Counted from the first letter of the stretch, positions 1 through 9,919 are shown. The stretch is 64,000 nt of DNA from Holosporaceae bacterium (GCA_031288225.1 JAITRU010000027.1:9740-73739), one strand, 5' to 3'. Program-made: numbers and translations. The notes: generated by a model from the letters alone, not told the origin.

Positions 1-1036
1 CTATGAGGTCCTTGTTAACGAACCTCCTGGAGGCAATTACAACATTAGCCCGAGATGTACTATTGGTGATATACGCCGCAACTCTTGGATGAAATATAAA
101 CTTTAAAAAAGCGTAGATATTGTTTATGTGCTTTGCCTCCGACGGAATTGCCACCACATCAATCCACAGTGGTCCCCCCTCCTTGGGGAAAAAGAATTTG
201 ATGTGTGGTTTTTTGTTTTCAACTTTGACTTTTAAGATATCCCCAGATGTGCCAAACGTAGCACATGCATTTCCGGATGCTAAGTCCTCAAACCCGTAGG
301 CGGTGAATTTCGCTATGTATGGTCTAATTTTTTTCAAATGCTCCGATGCTTTCACAAAATCCTCTTCATTTTCGCTTTCAGGATCTAGCCCCAGGTAAGC
401 CAAAATCACAGGAAATAATTCGTCCGGAGATTCACAAAGTGATATTCTGTGCTTGCTCAGTTGCCTAGCGTAAACCGGATCAAATATGATAGCCAAGCTA
501 TCCCCAGGAGCATCGGGAATGATGGCATCCACGATTTTTTCATCAATACCAATCCCGGATATGCCGAATTGATATGGTAAGGCAAAACAATTGCCCTCAT
601 CGCAGATCGCTAGCCTATCCATGATATCCGCATCAAATATGTTATAATCAATCCTTGATTTATCAATTTTTCGGTATATGCCGGTATTTAACTGTCTTGC
701 AAAATTCGGCCAAGCTGTGGGGAACACGATATCGTATTTAGACCCACCGGCCAACAGCTTAGCTTCTAATATTTCGTTGGAATCAAATACATCTATTACT
801 ACGCTAATACCTGTTAATTGTTCAAATAATTCAATAAGATCGTATGGAATATAGTCAATACCAACATTGATGTAGAGTAGCTTTTCCTCATCCAAAGGAG
901 CGAATTTTTCCTTCGATAGAATCGTATATATTTCGCGCAGGTCTTCTCGTTGTAGTAGAGACTCTCTGGAATTTTTTGGCAGGAAACAAACCACCATAGT
1001 GCACAAAAACAGAGCAAACAATATGTATTTTTTCAC
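1..1036 (-). CDS. Polyamine-type ABC transporter periplasmic substrate-binding protein (PotD/PotF family); 3' end lies outside the window
   Basis: Absent from the ORF track because its stop lies beyond position 1. My minus-strand translation from GTG at 1036 is open for about 345 codons: VKKYILFALFLCTMVVCF (signal peptide) ... LLYINVGIDYIPYDLIELFEQLTGISVV ... AKLLAGGSKYDIVFPTAW ... LPYQFGISGIGID ... PLWIDVVAIPSEAKH. This matches the PotD/PotF pattern. Confidence 0.75.
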   Translation of the reverse strand, partial: MKKYILFALFLCTMVVCFLPKNSRESLLQREDLREIYTILSKEKFAPLDEEKLLYINVGIDYIPYDLIELFEQLTGISVVIDVFDSNEILEAKLLAGGSKYDIVFPTAWPNFARQLNTGIYRKIDKSRIDYNIFDADIMDRLAICDEGNCFALPYQFGISGIGIDEKIVDAIIPDAPGDSLAIIFDPVYARQLSKHRISLCESPDELFPVILAYLGLDPESENEEDFVKASEHLKKIRPYIAKFTAYGFEDLASGNACATFGTSGDILKVKVENKKPHIKFFFPKEGGPLWIDVVAIPSEAKHINNIYAFLKFIFHPRVAAYITNSTSRANVVIASRRFVNKDLI

Positions 1037-1042
1037 GTAACA

Positions 1043-1903
1043 CTATCGCCTCATCTGTTCGGTTGTGGTCTTTTGCAATTCCATTTGTTTAGTCTTTTCA
1101 TATCGATAAGAACCGTAGGGAATCAAAAAAATATAAATAGAAACCAAAATGGTTAACGTTAACCATAGTTTGGTGACCAGGCAAATAATCAACAGGCTTA
1201 TGGTGAGCAATTCCGGAGAAGCTAAACCATTTTTTATTTCTATCATTTTGGATGAAAAGTTCTTCAAAGTGCTGATCATAAGCACTCCAGATACAACCAA
1301 GCAGAAAGATACGAAGGCCGTATTCAAAAAAAACTGGCTGCCGGTAGAAAAGGATAAAATCATCGGGAAAAGCGCAAGGATCGCCCCAGCTGGAGCTGGC
1401 ACTCCCGAAAAATACTTCTTCATCCAATCGGGCTTTGGTTCATTTTGTAGCAATCCTGCATTAAATCGAGCCAACCTCAATCCGCAGCAAATGGTGAAGA
1501 ACATGCACACTCCCCATCCAACATTTCCCATGCTGTACATCGACTTCAAAAACATGAGCATTGCCGGCGTAACACCGAAACACACCAAGTCCGAAAGCGA
1601 ATCTAATTCTGCACCAAAATGCGAGGATTGCTTCAGAAGTCGAGCCAGGCGGCCATCCAATGCATCCAGCAGCGCAGATACGAAAACACACAGCACTGCC
1701 ATTTCCCACTCGTAAAACAGTGCAAAACGAATGGCCGTTAGCCCGAAGCAAAATGCCGTAATAGTTACAATACTTGGCAGCATCCTACTGATGGAAATGC
1801 GCCTGTTTTTGGCGGAAACATCACAGGGCTCGCAATCTTCTTCCATGCAGAATACTTCAACATCTTCCGATTTTTTGTAGCCGCTCATTTGAGTTCTTTC
1901 CAT
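1043..1903 (-). CDS. pssA: CDP-diacylglycerol--serine O-phosphatidyltransferase
   Basis: CDP-alcohol phosphatidyltransferase motif (DALDGRLARLL ... GAELDSLSDL), multiple TM helices, and psd immediately adjacent. Confidence 0.9.
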   Translation of the reverse strand: MERTQMSGYKKSEDVEVFCMEEDCEPCDVSAKNRRISISRMLPSIVTITAFCFGLTAIRFALFYEWEMAVLCVFVSALLDALDGRLARLLKQSSHFGAELDSLSDLVCFGVTPAMLMFLKSMYSMGNVGWGVCMFFTICCGLRLARFNAGLLQNEPKPDWMKKYFSGVPAPAGAILALFPMILSFSTGSQFFLNTAFVSFCLVVSGVLMISTLKNFSSKMIEIKNGLASPELLTISLLIICLVTKLWLTLTILVSIYIFLIPYGSYRYEKTKQMELQKTTTEQMRR

Positions 1904-1911
1904 ATGTTCTC

Positions 1912-2592
1912 CTATGCTTTTGCTGCTTCTTTGGCCAATTCAGCCAAAACTGTCTCTCCGGCCACAACAATTTGCCCTTCTTCCACTTGCACAGTTGCAC
2001 CTTCGGGTATGTAAATATCTACCCGACTGCCAAACCTTATGATACCAACACGATCTCCCACAGCTAGCTTTTGCCCTTCGGAAACGTCGCATCTGATTCG
2101 CCTAGCTATGAGGCCAGCAATTTGCACAAATACAATTCTTGTGCCGTCATCCATTTTTACATGCGTTATTTGTTTCTCATTGTCTTTGCTAGATTTATCA
2201 AGCACAGCATTGAAAAACTTTCCAGGGATATAAATAATTTTTTCAATTGTGCCGGGAACTGGAGAGCGGTTAACATGAACGTCAAATATACTCATAAAGA
2301 CGCTAATTTTCTTTCGCTTTCCCTTAATTTCCAGCTCTGCACTGGGTTCTACGTTCACTATATTCAGAACGACACCGTCTGCTGGGCTAACTACCACATT
2401 CTTTCGCCGTGGATGCACTCGCTCCGGATCACGAAAAAACAACAAACAAAACAGAGTTACAATAAATCCCATCCACCCCATATTAGGACCAACGTGCCCT
2501 AGTAAAATAGCACAAATCGCAGCTACACCGGCGAACTTCCATGCTTCACGATCAAATGGCAATCTGATACTCATCAATAACCCTCCCATCAT
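1912..2592 (-). CDS. psd: Phosphatidylserine decarboxylase proenzyme
   Basis: About 226 aa, alphaproteobacterial short type. Self-cleavage motif RFGSRVD near the C-terminus. Adjacent to pssA. Confidence 0.9.
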   Translation of the reverse strand: MMGGLLMSIRLPFDREAWKFAGVAAICAILLGHVGPNMGWMGFIVTLFCLLFFRDPERVHPRRKNVVVSPADGVVLNIVNVEPSAELEIKGKRKKISVFMSIFDVHVNRSPVPGTIEKIIYIPGKFFNAVLDKSSKDNEKQITHVKMDDGTRIVFVQIAGLIARRIRCDVSEGQKLAVGDRVGIIRFGSRVDIYIPEGATVQVEEGQIVVAGETVLAELAKEAAKA

Positions 2593-3033
2593 AAATCAGT
2601 GTGATTATATTGTCTTTCATTTAATAATTCAAAAAGAATTACATTGTTTATCATTTTTGTATGTATCAGACATATGCCACTACTGAACAACAGACGAAAA
2701 CACACTTTCCCCGGTGTCAATTGTAGGAAGTGTTATGTAAAAATTATCGATATAATTCACTGAACAATGAATATTTTCAACATATCTGTATGAAAATTTT
2801 TGCTGATTTATCAGTGTGTTATAAAAAACACTCAACGGGCACTGAACAATAACTTTTTTCCATATATAGCTATTTTATGAAAATATATGACGATCTTGTT
2901 GCGTATTTATTAAAAATAAATATTGCTTTTATTTTTTAATTACACTAAAAAAGCATAAATGGGCCATAATTATGTTATGGCGTCCATTTTGTGTGGAGTA
3001 GTTTCGCAACTTTTTATGTAGGAGGAGAAAAAT

Positions 3034-3927
3034 ATGAAAAAAATTGTTATGGTGGTTTGTTCTTTGGGGTTTTTTATAGGCGACATGTACGGTCTACCAA
3101 AAGAATTCAGTAATCAGATGCCAAAAAAGTTATCACTTAAATCTATAGCTCAAAAACCGTCGACTGAAACAATAACAGGTGTGCTAAATAAGACAGTTAA
3201 AAAAAACGCAAACAAGGAGCTGGACAGGGACAATCTTTATAAAGAAATCGACAAACTTCCTGAAAAGCAAATAAATGCTATTGTGGTTAGTACAGCTGAT
3301 CTATCTAGTCAATTCATTTCAGAGCTGATGGACAATCTTATTGAGATTACAGATGCAGATGATGACAAAATTACAACTAAGGCACTAGAATCTATAAAAG
3401 GTCGATTTAACGAAGAAAACGGTGGAACTATCCAAAGTGTTTTGTTATTGGTCAGCACATTGTTCGAGGGAACTACTAAAGAATCCATTGAAAAATGCAT
3501 AGGACAAATAAAAGCGCAGACACAAGATAGTAGGGATTTCGAACGGGTTACTGCAATGGCGTTTACGATGGCTTTTTTTTATGACAAATTATCATGCAAA
3601 GATAATTCCAAGCTTTTGGAGTTTTTATCGTTAATGGAAGGAAAAAATAGTAAAAAAGATGTCATACAGTTGATGGCAAAACTTGTTGTCTTATATTGCA
3701 GTACTGAACTGAACAACAAAGGATATAGTTATTTTGAAGATATACTTAGCGTGTACAGGAACATAAAAGAGATTAGTAAAAAATGCCCTCCCAAGGGAAA
3801 CGTAAGTGACAATGAAGAAGACGAAGATGATGACAGCTCAGATGATGGAAAAACTGGTGATGGACCTTCGTCCTCGTCATCTTCGTCCTCGTCATCTTCG
3901 TCATTGGTAGAAGAAGATAAGGATTAA
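3034..3927 (+). CDS. Hypothetical secreted protein with an acidic/poly-Ser C-terminal tail
   Basis: Good RBS (aggaggag) upstream of the ATG. N-terminal signal-like segment MKKIVMVVCSLGFFIG. The tail is NEEDEDDDSSDDGKTGDGPSSSSSSSSSSSSLVEEDKD. I recognise no family. Confidence 0.6.
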   Translation: MKKIVMVVCSLGFFIGDMYGLPKEFSNQMPKKLSLKSIAQKPSTETITGVLNKTVKKNANKELDRDNLYKEIDKLPEKQINAIVVSTADLSSQFISELMDNLIEITDADDDKITTKALESIKGRFNEENGGTIQSVLLLVSTLFEGTTKESIEKCIGQIKAQTQDSRDFERVTAMAFTMAFFYDKLSCKDNSKLLEFLSLMEGKNSKKDVIQLMAKLVVLYCSTELNNKGYSYFEDILSVYRNIKEISKKCPPKGNVSDNEEDEDDDSSDDGKTGDGPSSSSSSSSSSSSLVEEDKD

Positions 3928-3942
3928 GCGATTATACACACA

Positions 3943-3993
3943 GCATTGCTCGAGCATCATTTTATGCTGGAGCAATGCGGTGTTTTGTTTTTG
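3943..3993. terminator. Candidate bidirectional rho-independent terminator between convergent genes
   Basis: 15-bp stem gcattgctcgagcat / atgctggagcaatgc (14 of 15 paired) with loop catttt, followed by ggtgttttgtttttg. It lies between the stops at 3927 (+) and 4121 (-). Confidence 0.7.
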
Positions 3994-4120
3994 TAAGTGA
4001 CGACGTGTCTGGCCTGATATTTTTTATTAAATCAGAGAGCGATTGTCCAAAAATCCCACCCACGCCGCGTTGAATGCCGAACGCCGAGAGTTGCTTCTTT
4101 GCCCTTGTAGGCCAGGTTTG

Positions 4121-6955
4121 TTAGGTATATGCATACTCCAACAGAGTGTGTTCGTATAAGATCTCCTCCACAAGTTTTTTAAATACTTCGGGGGAAGAAG
4201 GAACCCAATCCCGGTGAATTCTATTCGTTGCTTTTGCATAGGCCTGTATTAACAACTTTAGTAATTCTCTATACTCTGGTTTCAACAATGTATCAATAAA
4301 AAGCATATTCATGGCAACGGCAAATATATTGCACACGGCGGTACGCACATTTTCAGTCGCAGTATCAGAATGTCCCACTGTGAGTGCGTGTTTTGTCCGT
4401 GCGTCAAGCCACTCGATAATATATGAATGATTCCTAGCAATGTGCTTATAAAGCCACTTCAGCTGCTCACCATCGAACCATTGGCCTGCACCTGGAGCGC
4501 TTAGGCCATATCTGCCATTAAGCAGATCCATTGATCTTGCAAAAAACGATGCAGATTCATGATGATCACGGTTGTTTTCATCTTTGAATTGAAAAACATC
4601 CAAAGCTATTCTCCGAGCAACAATGCCGCAAATACACGATGTCAGAGATGAAAAATCAATATTATCTACCTCACCGAAATTCACCAGTAGCGAAAAGACG
4701 TTAATCATCCCTGTGTATTGACCACTACGACAATGTTGAAATGATTGAAATAGAAGGCCTACGATCGTCAATGCCTTATCTGTCGTGTCCATTTCCATCG
4801 AAGACAATTCATACCAATGGCCTTTTTTATAGCGTATTAATTCCAGATTATCAATTAGATCTTGAAACTTATCAATGACATAACGGACTTGTGTCTCGTT
4901 AAAAAATACTCCACATTCGCCGGGACGGCAAGAAGAAATATTGCTAAGGCAATCCTCTATTTGCTCCATCAAGTAATTTAGCAATTCTTCTTTGATTGCA
5001 GACTTTTTAGCATTTGTAGGAGCCAATTGTAGATTTCTAAACAAAGACTGCGTCTTATCATCGGAAACTGCACCAATGACAACATGGAACCAATCTGATT
5101 TCTTTTTGTTCGACAGGTACAAATTCAATGCATTTCTTATGGAAGCCAATATACTCCTTTTGTTAGAGCTACAAAATCTTTTGAACACATTGATTTCATA
5201 GGGGAATTGTTCAACGCTATTTTCTTCAAGGCATAACCATATTGCTTTTAAAATCAATTGCTGTAGCAAGCTCATCAACTGTTTTGGAGAAGCATTGTTT
5301 ATGCCATCGCTGGTGATTTTCCTAAGAGCATTCATGGAATAAAGCCGTTTTTGTTTGCTGATTCTGTACCCAGGCCTTATGTATAATGGCCTATAACAAG
5401 CTTTGTCTCTTATGGAAAAAAAGTAGCTGGTGCTACCTCCCATTATTTCACGGGAAATTTGTGTAAACCGTCGTTTGTAGGCTGCTATAATTAGTTTATT
5501 GGCGCCCCTTTTGTCTTCACCGACTAACCCATCATAGGTATGTTTCAGAATGACGTAATGGTTACTACATCCTTTGGGTAGTGTTAAGATTGGCAAGTTT
5601 TGACTTGACTCCGACAGTTTCAGAAAAAAAGTATCTTCGACGGAGTCAAAATCTAACATGCTATACGTGTTAGCAAGACTATCTATGCTCACATTATGAA
5701 TATATTCATCGGGAACAACACTATCATCGCTAACAACTACGGTGTTTTTTACGCTATCATACACGAGCGCCAGGAATTTATTAACATTCTTAATTCTTCG
5801 GATAAGCTTCAATGAATTGAGGCCAGGATCAATGTCACTTAGCAAATCCGTGAGTCCTTCTTGACTTGTATTAGATCGTATGGCAACGGGAGAAAGCTTT
5901 CCGGCATTATATGACCACTGTATAACTTTCATTTCTTCCAATTGTTCATACACTGACTGCTCTATTCCGAGAATTTCAGCTGTATGCTGATAGATTTCCG
6001 CCAATAATGTATCTATGTTTATAAAATTTCCGAAACTATTAGCTATCAGCAAATGTTTAAGTATGTGATTGGGAATTTTTTTAATAAGCTCTGATTGGCA
6101 ACTGGCATTAAAATCATCGATGGTTGCAAATTGTTTTCCGTAGCCAATTAAATCACCAACTTTGTGCTTATCACTTAATTCTATGATTGCCCGTTGCTGG
6201 ATTTGCTGCATATCAACATTTATGCCATAGTTATCACAAATATTATCCAAAAAACCTTTTACCACTGGAGCTGTTAACTGATCAGTAATGGCATGGTTAT
6301 TATCAATAACAACCTGGTTTTCATTTGTATTTTTGACACCATTTGCCCCTAAATTGTTACCTTCGAAAAAATTTCCTGAAGCTTCAGTTGATTGCAGATT
6401 TGCAAAATCTTCTAGCGTAATTGGACAACAATCTAGGCTAGATTCCCCTGGAATAGCATTACCATTATTGATAATATCACCTACGGTTCGATTGGCTTGT
6501 ATGTCATCCAATAATGCCCGTTGCATATCAGTATCATCATAGCTGATATTCAATGCATTACTGCAGTCGTTTTCATCACGATTAATGATACCAACATCGC
6601 CGTCGTCGACATCATCATTATCGTAGCCAATAAACGCAGGGCTGTTGCTGATTTCGGCACGAGAATTAGCATTAATGTTTCCAGATTGTGCCGCCACATC
6701 TTGTTGTATCGTAACATTATTACCCAATGCAGCCGCAGTCAAATTATTGGAAATACCGGGATCGAGAAATCCGTTCGCCGGATTGGATTTACAACAACCA
6801 AATAGTGATTTAAAAAAAGAAACCACAGTTTGCACTACACTACCACTGCACATTTGTCTATGCCTGGTATCATTTTCTATATTATCAACTCGCATCAATG
6901 CGTGGTTTTCTTCTACTAAAATACCAAAACAAATGACCAATAGTGTTCTTTTCAT
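4121..6955 (-). CDS. Large hypothetical protein (944 aa) with an N-terminal hydrophobic leader and an Asn/Asp/Gly-rich region
   Basis: Long uninterrupted ORF. Leader is MKRTLLVICFGILV; residues about 60-235 are low complexity. The remainder is ordered-looking, and I recognise no family. Confidence 0.65.
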   Translation of the reverse strand: MKRTLLVICFGILVEENHALMRVDNIENDTRHRQMCSGSVVQTVVSFFKSLFGCCKSNPANGFLDPGISNNLTAAALGNNVTIQQDVAAQSGNINANSRAEISNSPAFIGYDNDDVDDGDVGIINRDENDCSNALNISYDDTDMQRALLDDIQANRTVGDIINNGNAIPGESSLDCCPITLEDFANLQSTEASGNFFEGNNLGANGVKNTNENQVVIDNNHAITDQLTAPVVKGFLDNICDNYGINVDMQQIQQRAIIELSDKHKVGDLIGYGKQFATIDDFNASCQSELIKKIPNHILKHLLIANSFGNFINIDTLLAEIYQHTAEILGIEQSVYEQLEEMKVIQWSYNAGKLSPVAIRSNTSQEGLTDLLSDIDPGLNSLKLIRRIKNVNKFLALVYDSVKNTVVVSDDSVVPDEYIHNVSIDSLANTYSMLDFDSVEDTFFLKLSESSQNLPILTLPKGCSNHYVILKHTYDGLVGEDKRGANKLIIAAYKRRFTQISREIMGGSTSYFFSIRDKACYRPLYIRPGYRISKQKRLYSMNALRKITSDGINNASPKQLMSLLQQLILKAIWLCLEENSVEQFPYEINVFKRFCSSNKRSILASIRNALNLYLSNKKKSDWFHVVIGAVSDDKTQSLFRNLQLAPTNAKKSAIKEELLNYLMEQIEDCLSNISSCRPGECGVFFNETQVRYVIDKFQDLIDNLELIRYKKGHWYELSSMEMDTTDKALTIVGLLFQSFQHCRSGQYTGMINVFSLLVNFGEVDNIDFSSLTSCICGIVARRIALDVFQFKDENNRDHHESASFFARSMDLLNGRYGLSAPGAGQWFDGEQLKWLYKHIARNHSYIIEWLDARTKHALTVGHSDTATENVRTAVCNIFAVAMNMLFIDTLLKPEYRELLKLLIQAYAKATNRIHRDWVPSSPEVFKKLVEEILYEHTLLEYAYT

Positions 6956-7242
6956 TGGAATATTCCTTTCTTATTTAGCACAAATTAACGTTTTTACAGT
7001 GTATCAATCGACAAACAATAAAGCAATTATGTAATAAAATTTTATTTAAAATAGTAATATATTTTCTATATGGCAATGTAATGCGTTTTTTGCTATATAA
7101 AGAATTTCTAAAAAACTTGGATAATATATGCTATGTAGAATAGTTTTGAAAAAAGGCAAACATTTGTGACTCTGGTTTATTATCTGCCGATATTCCCACT
7201 TTGGTCCAAAAGAATATTTGACAAATTACAAATTACAATGCC

Positions 7243-7935
7243 CTATATAAGATTCATTTCCTTTAAAGATTTGCATGCATCTTTGCCGATAATTAGATGA
7301 TCCAACAATATAATATCAAGTTTTTGAGCAACTTCTTTTATGGATCTGGTAACAATTATGTCTTGTCTTGATGGTTGAGGATCTCCACTAGGATGATTGT
7401 GCACAATGATAATTGCGCTGGCACCGTACTCCAATGCCATTTTAATTATTTCTCGCGGATAAATAGCCACCGTATTTACGGTTCCCATTTGCATAATTTC
7501 ATCTGCCAGTAATTTATTTTTGTTGTTTAGAAACATTACACGTAATTGCTCATTTTTCAGACAACCAATAGTGTTTTTATAATAATTAACAACCTGCCAA
7601 CTTGAAGAAATGGTAATCGACGATGCAATATCTTCCAGATGCATTTTATCAAATAATTTGTGCAGTAATTTAATAAAAATCACGGTAGCATCGCCGATGC
7701 CATTGATTTTTTTTAGGTCTGCAGCATCTGCAAAAATCAAGTTTTTAATGCTTTTAAAATTAAAAAGTAATTTTTTTGCCAACAATTTTGTATCTTTTCT
7801 GGGATTGGAGTAGAATAATAGCAATTCGATTAATTCATAATTACACAGAGCAGACGGGTATTTAAAAAACTTGTCCCGCAATCGCTGCCTATGTCCTGCA
7901 CAGTAAGAGTGTTTTGTGGAAATATCTTCCTTCAT
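7243..7935 (-). CDS. radC: RadC-family (JAMM/MPN) protein
   Basis: JAMM motif HNHPSGDPQPSRQD, helix-hairpin-helix region, typical size of about 230 aa. Confidence 0.9.
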   Translation of the reverse strand: MKEDISTKHSYCAGHRQRLRDKFFKYPSALCNYELIELLLFYSNPRKDTKLLAKKLLFNFKSIKNLIFADAADLKKINGIGDATVIFIKLLHKLFDKMHLEDIASSITISSSWQVVNYYKNTIGCLKNEQLRVMFLNNKNKLLADEIMQMGTVNTVAIYPREIIKMALEYGASAIIIVHNHPSGDPQPSRQDIIVTRSIKEVAQKLDIILLDHLIIGKDACKSLKEMNLI

Positions 7936-7947
7936 CCATCAACATCG

Positions 7948-8760
7948 TCATGATAATTCATATGGTGGCTTAGGCAAGCCACGCGTGGATTCGGTAAAAA
8001 CCCTACATCCATCTTCCGTTACACCTATTGTATGTTCAAATTGAGCAGATAACGAACCATCAACAGTTACTGCAGTCCAACCGTCAGACAAAACTGCCGT
8101 TTGATATACTCCTGCATTTATCATGGGTTCTATTGTGAACACATGTCCTGGCTTTAGCCGCAATCCCGTTCTTGGCCGTCCAAAATGTAGAACGGCCGGT
8201 TCATCATGGAATACGCGACCTATTCCGTGGCCACAATAATCTCGCACCACAGAAAATTTCCTGGACTCAACGAAACACTGTATGGCATGTCCGATATCTC
8301 CCAAATATTTACCAGGTTTGACCAAGTCAATGGCAAGCATGAGAGCGGCGTAGGCAGTGTCTATCAATCTCATTGCTTCCGGCGAAGATTGACCTACGAC
8401 ATACATTCTGCTGCTGTCGCCGTACCAGCCATCTAGAACAGTGGTGACATCGATATTCAAGATATCGCCATTCGCAAGTTTTTGTTTTTCGGATGGGATG
8501 CCATGGCATACAACATGATTAACTGATATGCAAGTGGATTTAGGATATCCATTGTAGCCGAGAGTAGCAGATACTCCGTGATTCCTTAATATCTCATCTA
8601 GACACAGCTGATCCAGCTCTGCCGTAGTAACTCCTTCCTTTACAAAAGGAACAACATAGTCTAACACATGGGCCGTAAGCATACCTACCCGTTCCAGCCC
8701 AACAAAATCATCAACGGAATAGACCACACAGGCGCTGGAAGAAGACACAAAACACCTCAA
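7948..8760 (-). CDS. map: Type I methionine aminopeptidase
   Basis: M24A pattern (VCHGIP, DIVNIDV-like NIDVT, HGIG, EPM, EHT). Start is uncertain: TTG at 8760 or downstream GTG codons. Confidence 0.9.
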   Translation of the reverse strand: MRCFVSSSSACVVYSVDDFVGLERVGMLTAHVLDYVVPFVKEGVTTAELDQLCLDEILRNHGVSATLGYNGYPKSTCISVNHVVCHGIPSEKQKLANGDILNIDVTTVLDGWYGDSSRMYVVGQSSPEAMRLIDTAYAALMLAIDLVKPGKYLGDIGHAIQCFVESRKFSVVRDYCGHGIGRVFHDEPAVLHFGRPRTGLRLKPGHVFTIEPMINAGVYQTAVLSDGWTAVTVDGSLSAQFEHTIGVTEDGCRVFTESTRGLPKPPYELS

Positions 8761-8975
8761 AACAAACGTAATCCTAAGCCATCAACAGTGTACATCAACA
8801 CTACCTGACATGCATTAATACTACGTTATTATCGCACAAAGTTTTGCAAAGGATAATACCCTAGACACACCACAGCCAGCGACAAAAACCACCACGCTAA
8901 CCCCAGGCGATTTCATCACTCAGCCGGAACTGAAACGCATACCACTCGATGCCCCGCTACAGGCTAACTACACAA

Positions 8976-9275
8976 TCAATCCGCCACATAGGGCAACAAA
9001 GCCAAAAATCTCGCACGTTTTATAGCCACGGCCATGGCTCTTTGTTTTCTTGCAGACACCATAGAAACACGAGACGGCATAATTTTACCACGTTCTGAAA
9101 TAAACTTCTGCAAAGGCCTAACGTCCTTATAGTCTATTTTCAGAACACCAGTTTCGAATGGACAAGAAGACTGCCTTTTAAAATTATTCTTCTTCCATGC
9201 CATGGACTGCATATTGACGCCGCCATGGGACCTATTTCCTGATTTTCTTCCGGATTTAAACTCTTTTTCCACCAC
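8976..9275 (-). CDS. rpsR: 30S ribosomal protein S18
   Basis: CPF...[19 protein letters not shown]...VSARKQR signature. Confidence 0.95.
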   Translation of the reverse strand: MVEKEFKSGRKSGNRSHGGVNMQSMAWKKNNFKRQSSCPFETGVLKIDYKDVRPLQKFISERGKIMPSRVSMVSARKQRAMAVAIKRARFLALLPYVAD

Positions 9276-9323
9276 TAACTCCGCAAAAATATCTTCACTG
9301 CCACTCTACACCAACCAAATTAA

Positions 9324-9812
9324 TCAAGCATCAACTAACTCATCAACGGCCGCATCTCCAGTGCTTTCCTTGGCAGGAGAAACCGCCATCTCCACATCAA
9401 CATTCATAGCTCCAGCAAAAGCTTCATCCTCCATATCAGCAGATTTATAACTTTTTCTTTTCGCATTCAACGCAAAATCATCGCCCGACACCCTCGCCTG
9501 GGGAATTAAATTACCCCTATCATCGAAGGCATCCACCTTTACCAGCAGATGGCGTATTATATCCTCATTAAGCCTCATAACGCGCTCAAACTCTGCTATC
9601 AAAGTTGGCGGAGCCCTCAGCTGCATTACATAATAGTGTCCCTTCTGATTTTTTTTTATTGGATAGGCCAAATTCCTAAATCCGCAATATTCGCTGCGAA
9701 CAACCTCCCCGGCATTTTGGGTAACAAAAAGCCCAAGACCAACACCCAGAGCTTCCATTTGTTGCTGAGAAAGATCCTGACGCCCGATAAATACATTTTC
9801 ATAAAGATTCAT
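9324..9812 (-). CDS. rpsF: 30S ribosomal protein S6 with a long acidic C-terminal extension
   Basis: MNLYENVFI...YPIKK...GHYY N-terminal S6 pattern, directly upstream of rpsR. Confidence 0.9.
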   Translation of the reverse strand: MNLYENVFIGRQDLSQQQMEALGVGLGLFVTQNAGEVVRSEYCGFRNLAYPIKKNQKGHYYVMQLRAPPTLIAEFERVMRLNEDIIRHLLVKVDAFDDRGNLIPQARVSGDDFALNAKRKSYKSADMEDEAFAGAMNVDVEMAVSPAKESTGDAAVDELVDA

Positions 9813-9919
9813 ACATTACACCAATCTAAAAAACACGTCCGGCGCACATAACCATGCCCAGCGCGCTAAGTTATACATCTTTTGGCGAAATAGCGCAACA
9901 AAAATTTTACTCATTCATG

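Noticed and set aside
1149-1715. 188-aa plus-strand ORF, and many similar long ORFs antisense to confident genes (e.g. 23414-23824, 33503-34090, 46243-46608, 24819-25259, 43627-44031).
   Set aside because: They lie entirely opposite well-supported conserved genes, have low-complexity or odd composition, and match no family I recognise. They are shadow ORFs.
4709-4735. HCRSGQYTG in the 944-aa protein, considered as a tyrosine-phosphatase CX5R P-loop.
   Set aside because: The position six residues after Cys is Thr, not Arg, so the signature is not met.
4700-4830. GHWYEL...D...QSFQHC in the 944-aa protein, considered as a CE-clan (Ulp1/YopJ-like) His-Asp-Gln-Cys protease arrangement.
   Set aside because: The His-to-Cys spacing is only about 29 residues, against roughly 60-70 in characterised CE-clan enzymes. 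This is probably coincidence.
2593-7242. The psd-radC interval, considered as a defence island or prophage remnant.
   Set aside because: It contains only two convergent orphan genes. There is no integrase, nuclease, methylase, ATPase or phage structural signature. It is better described as a small accessory or effector-like islet.
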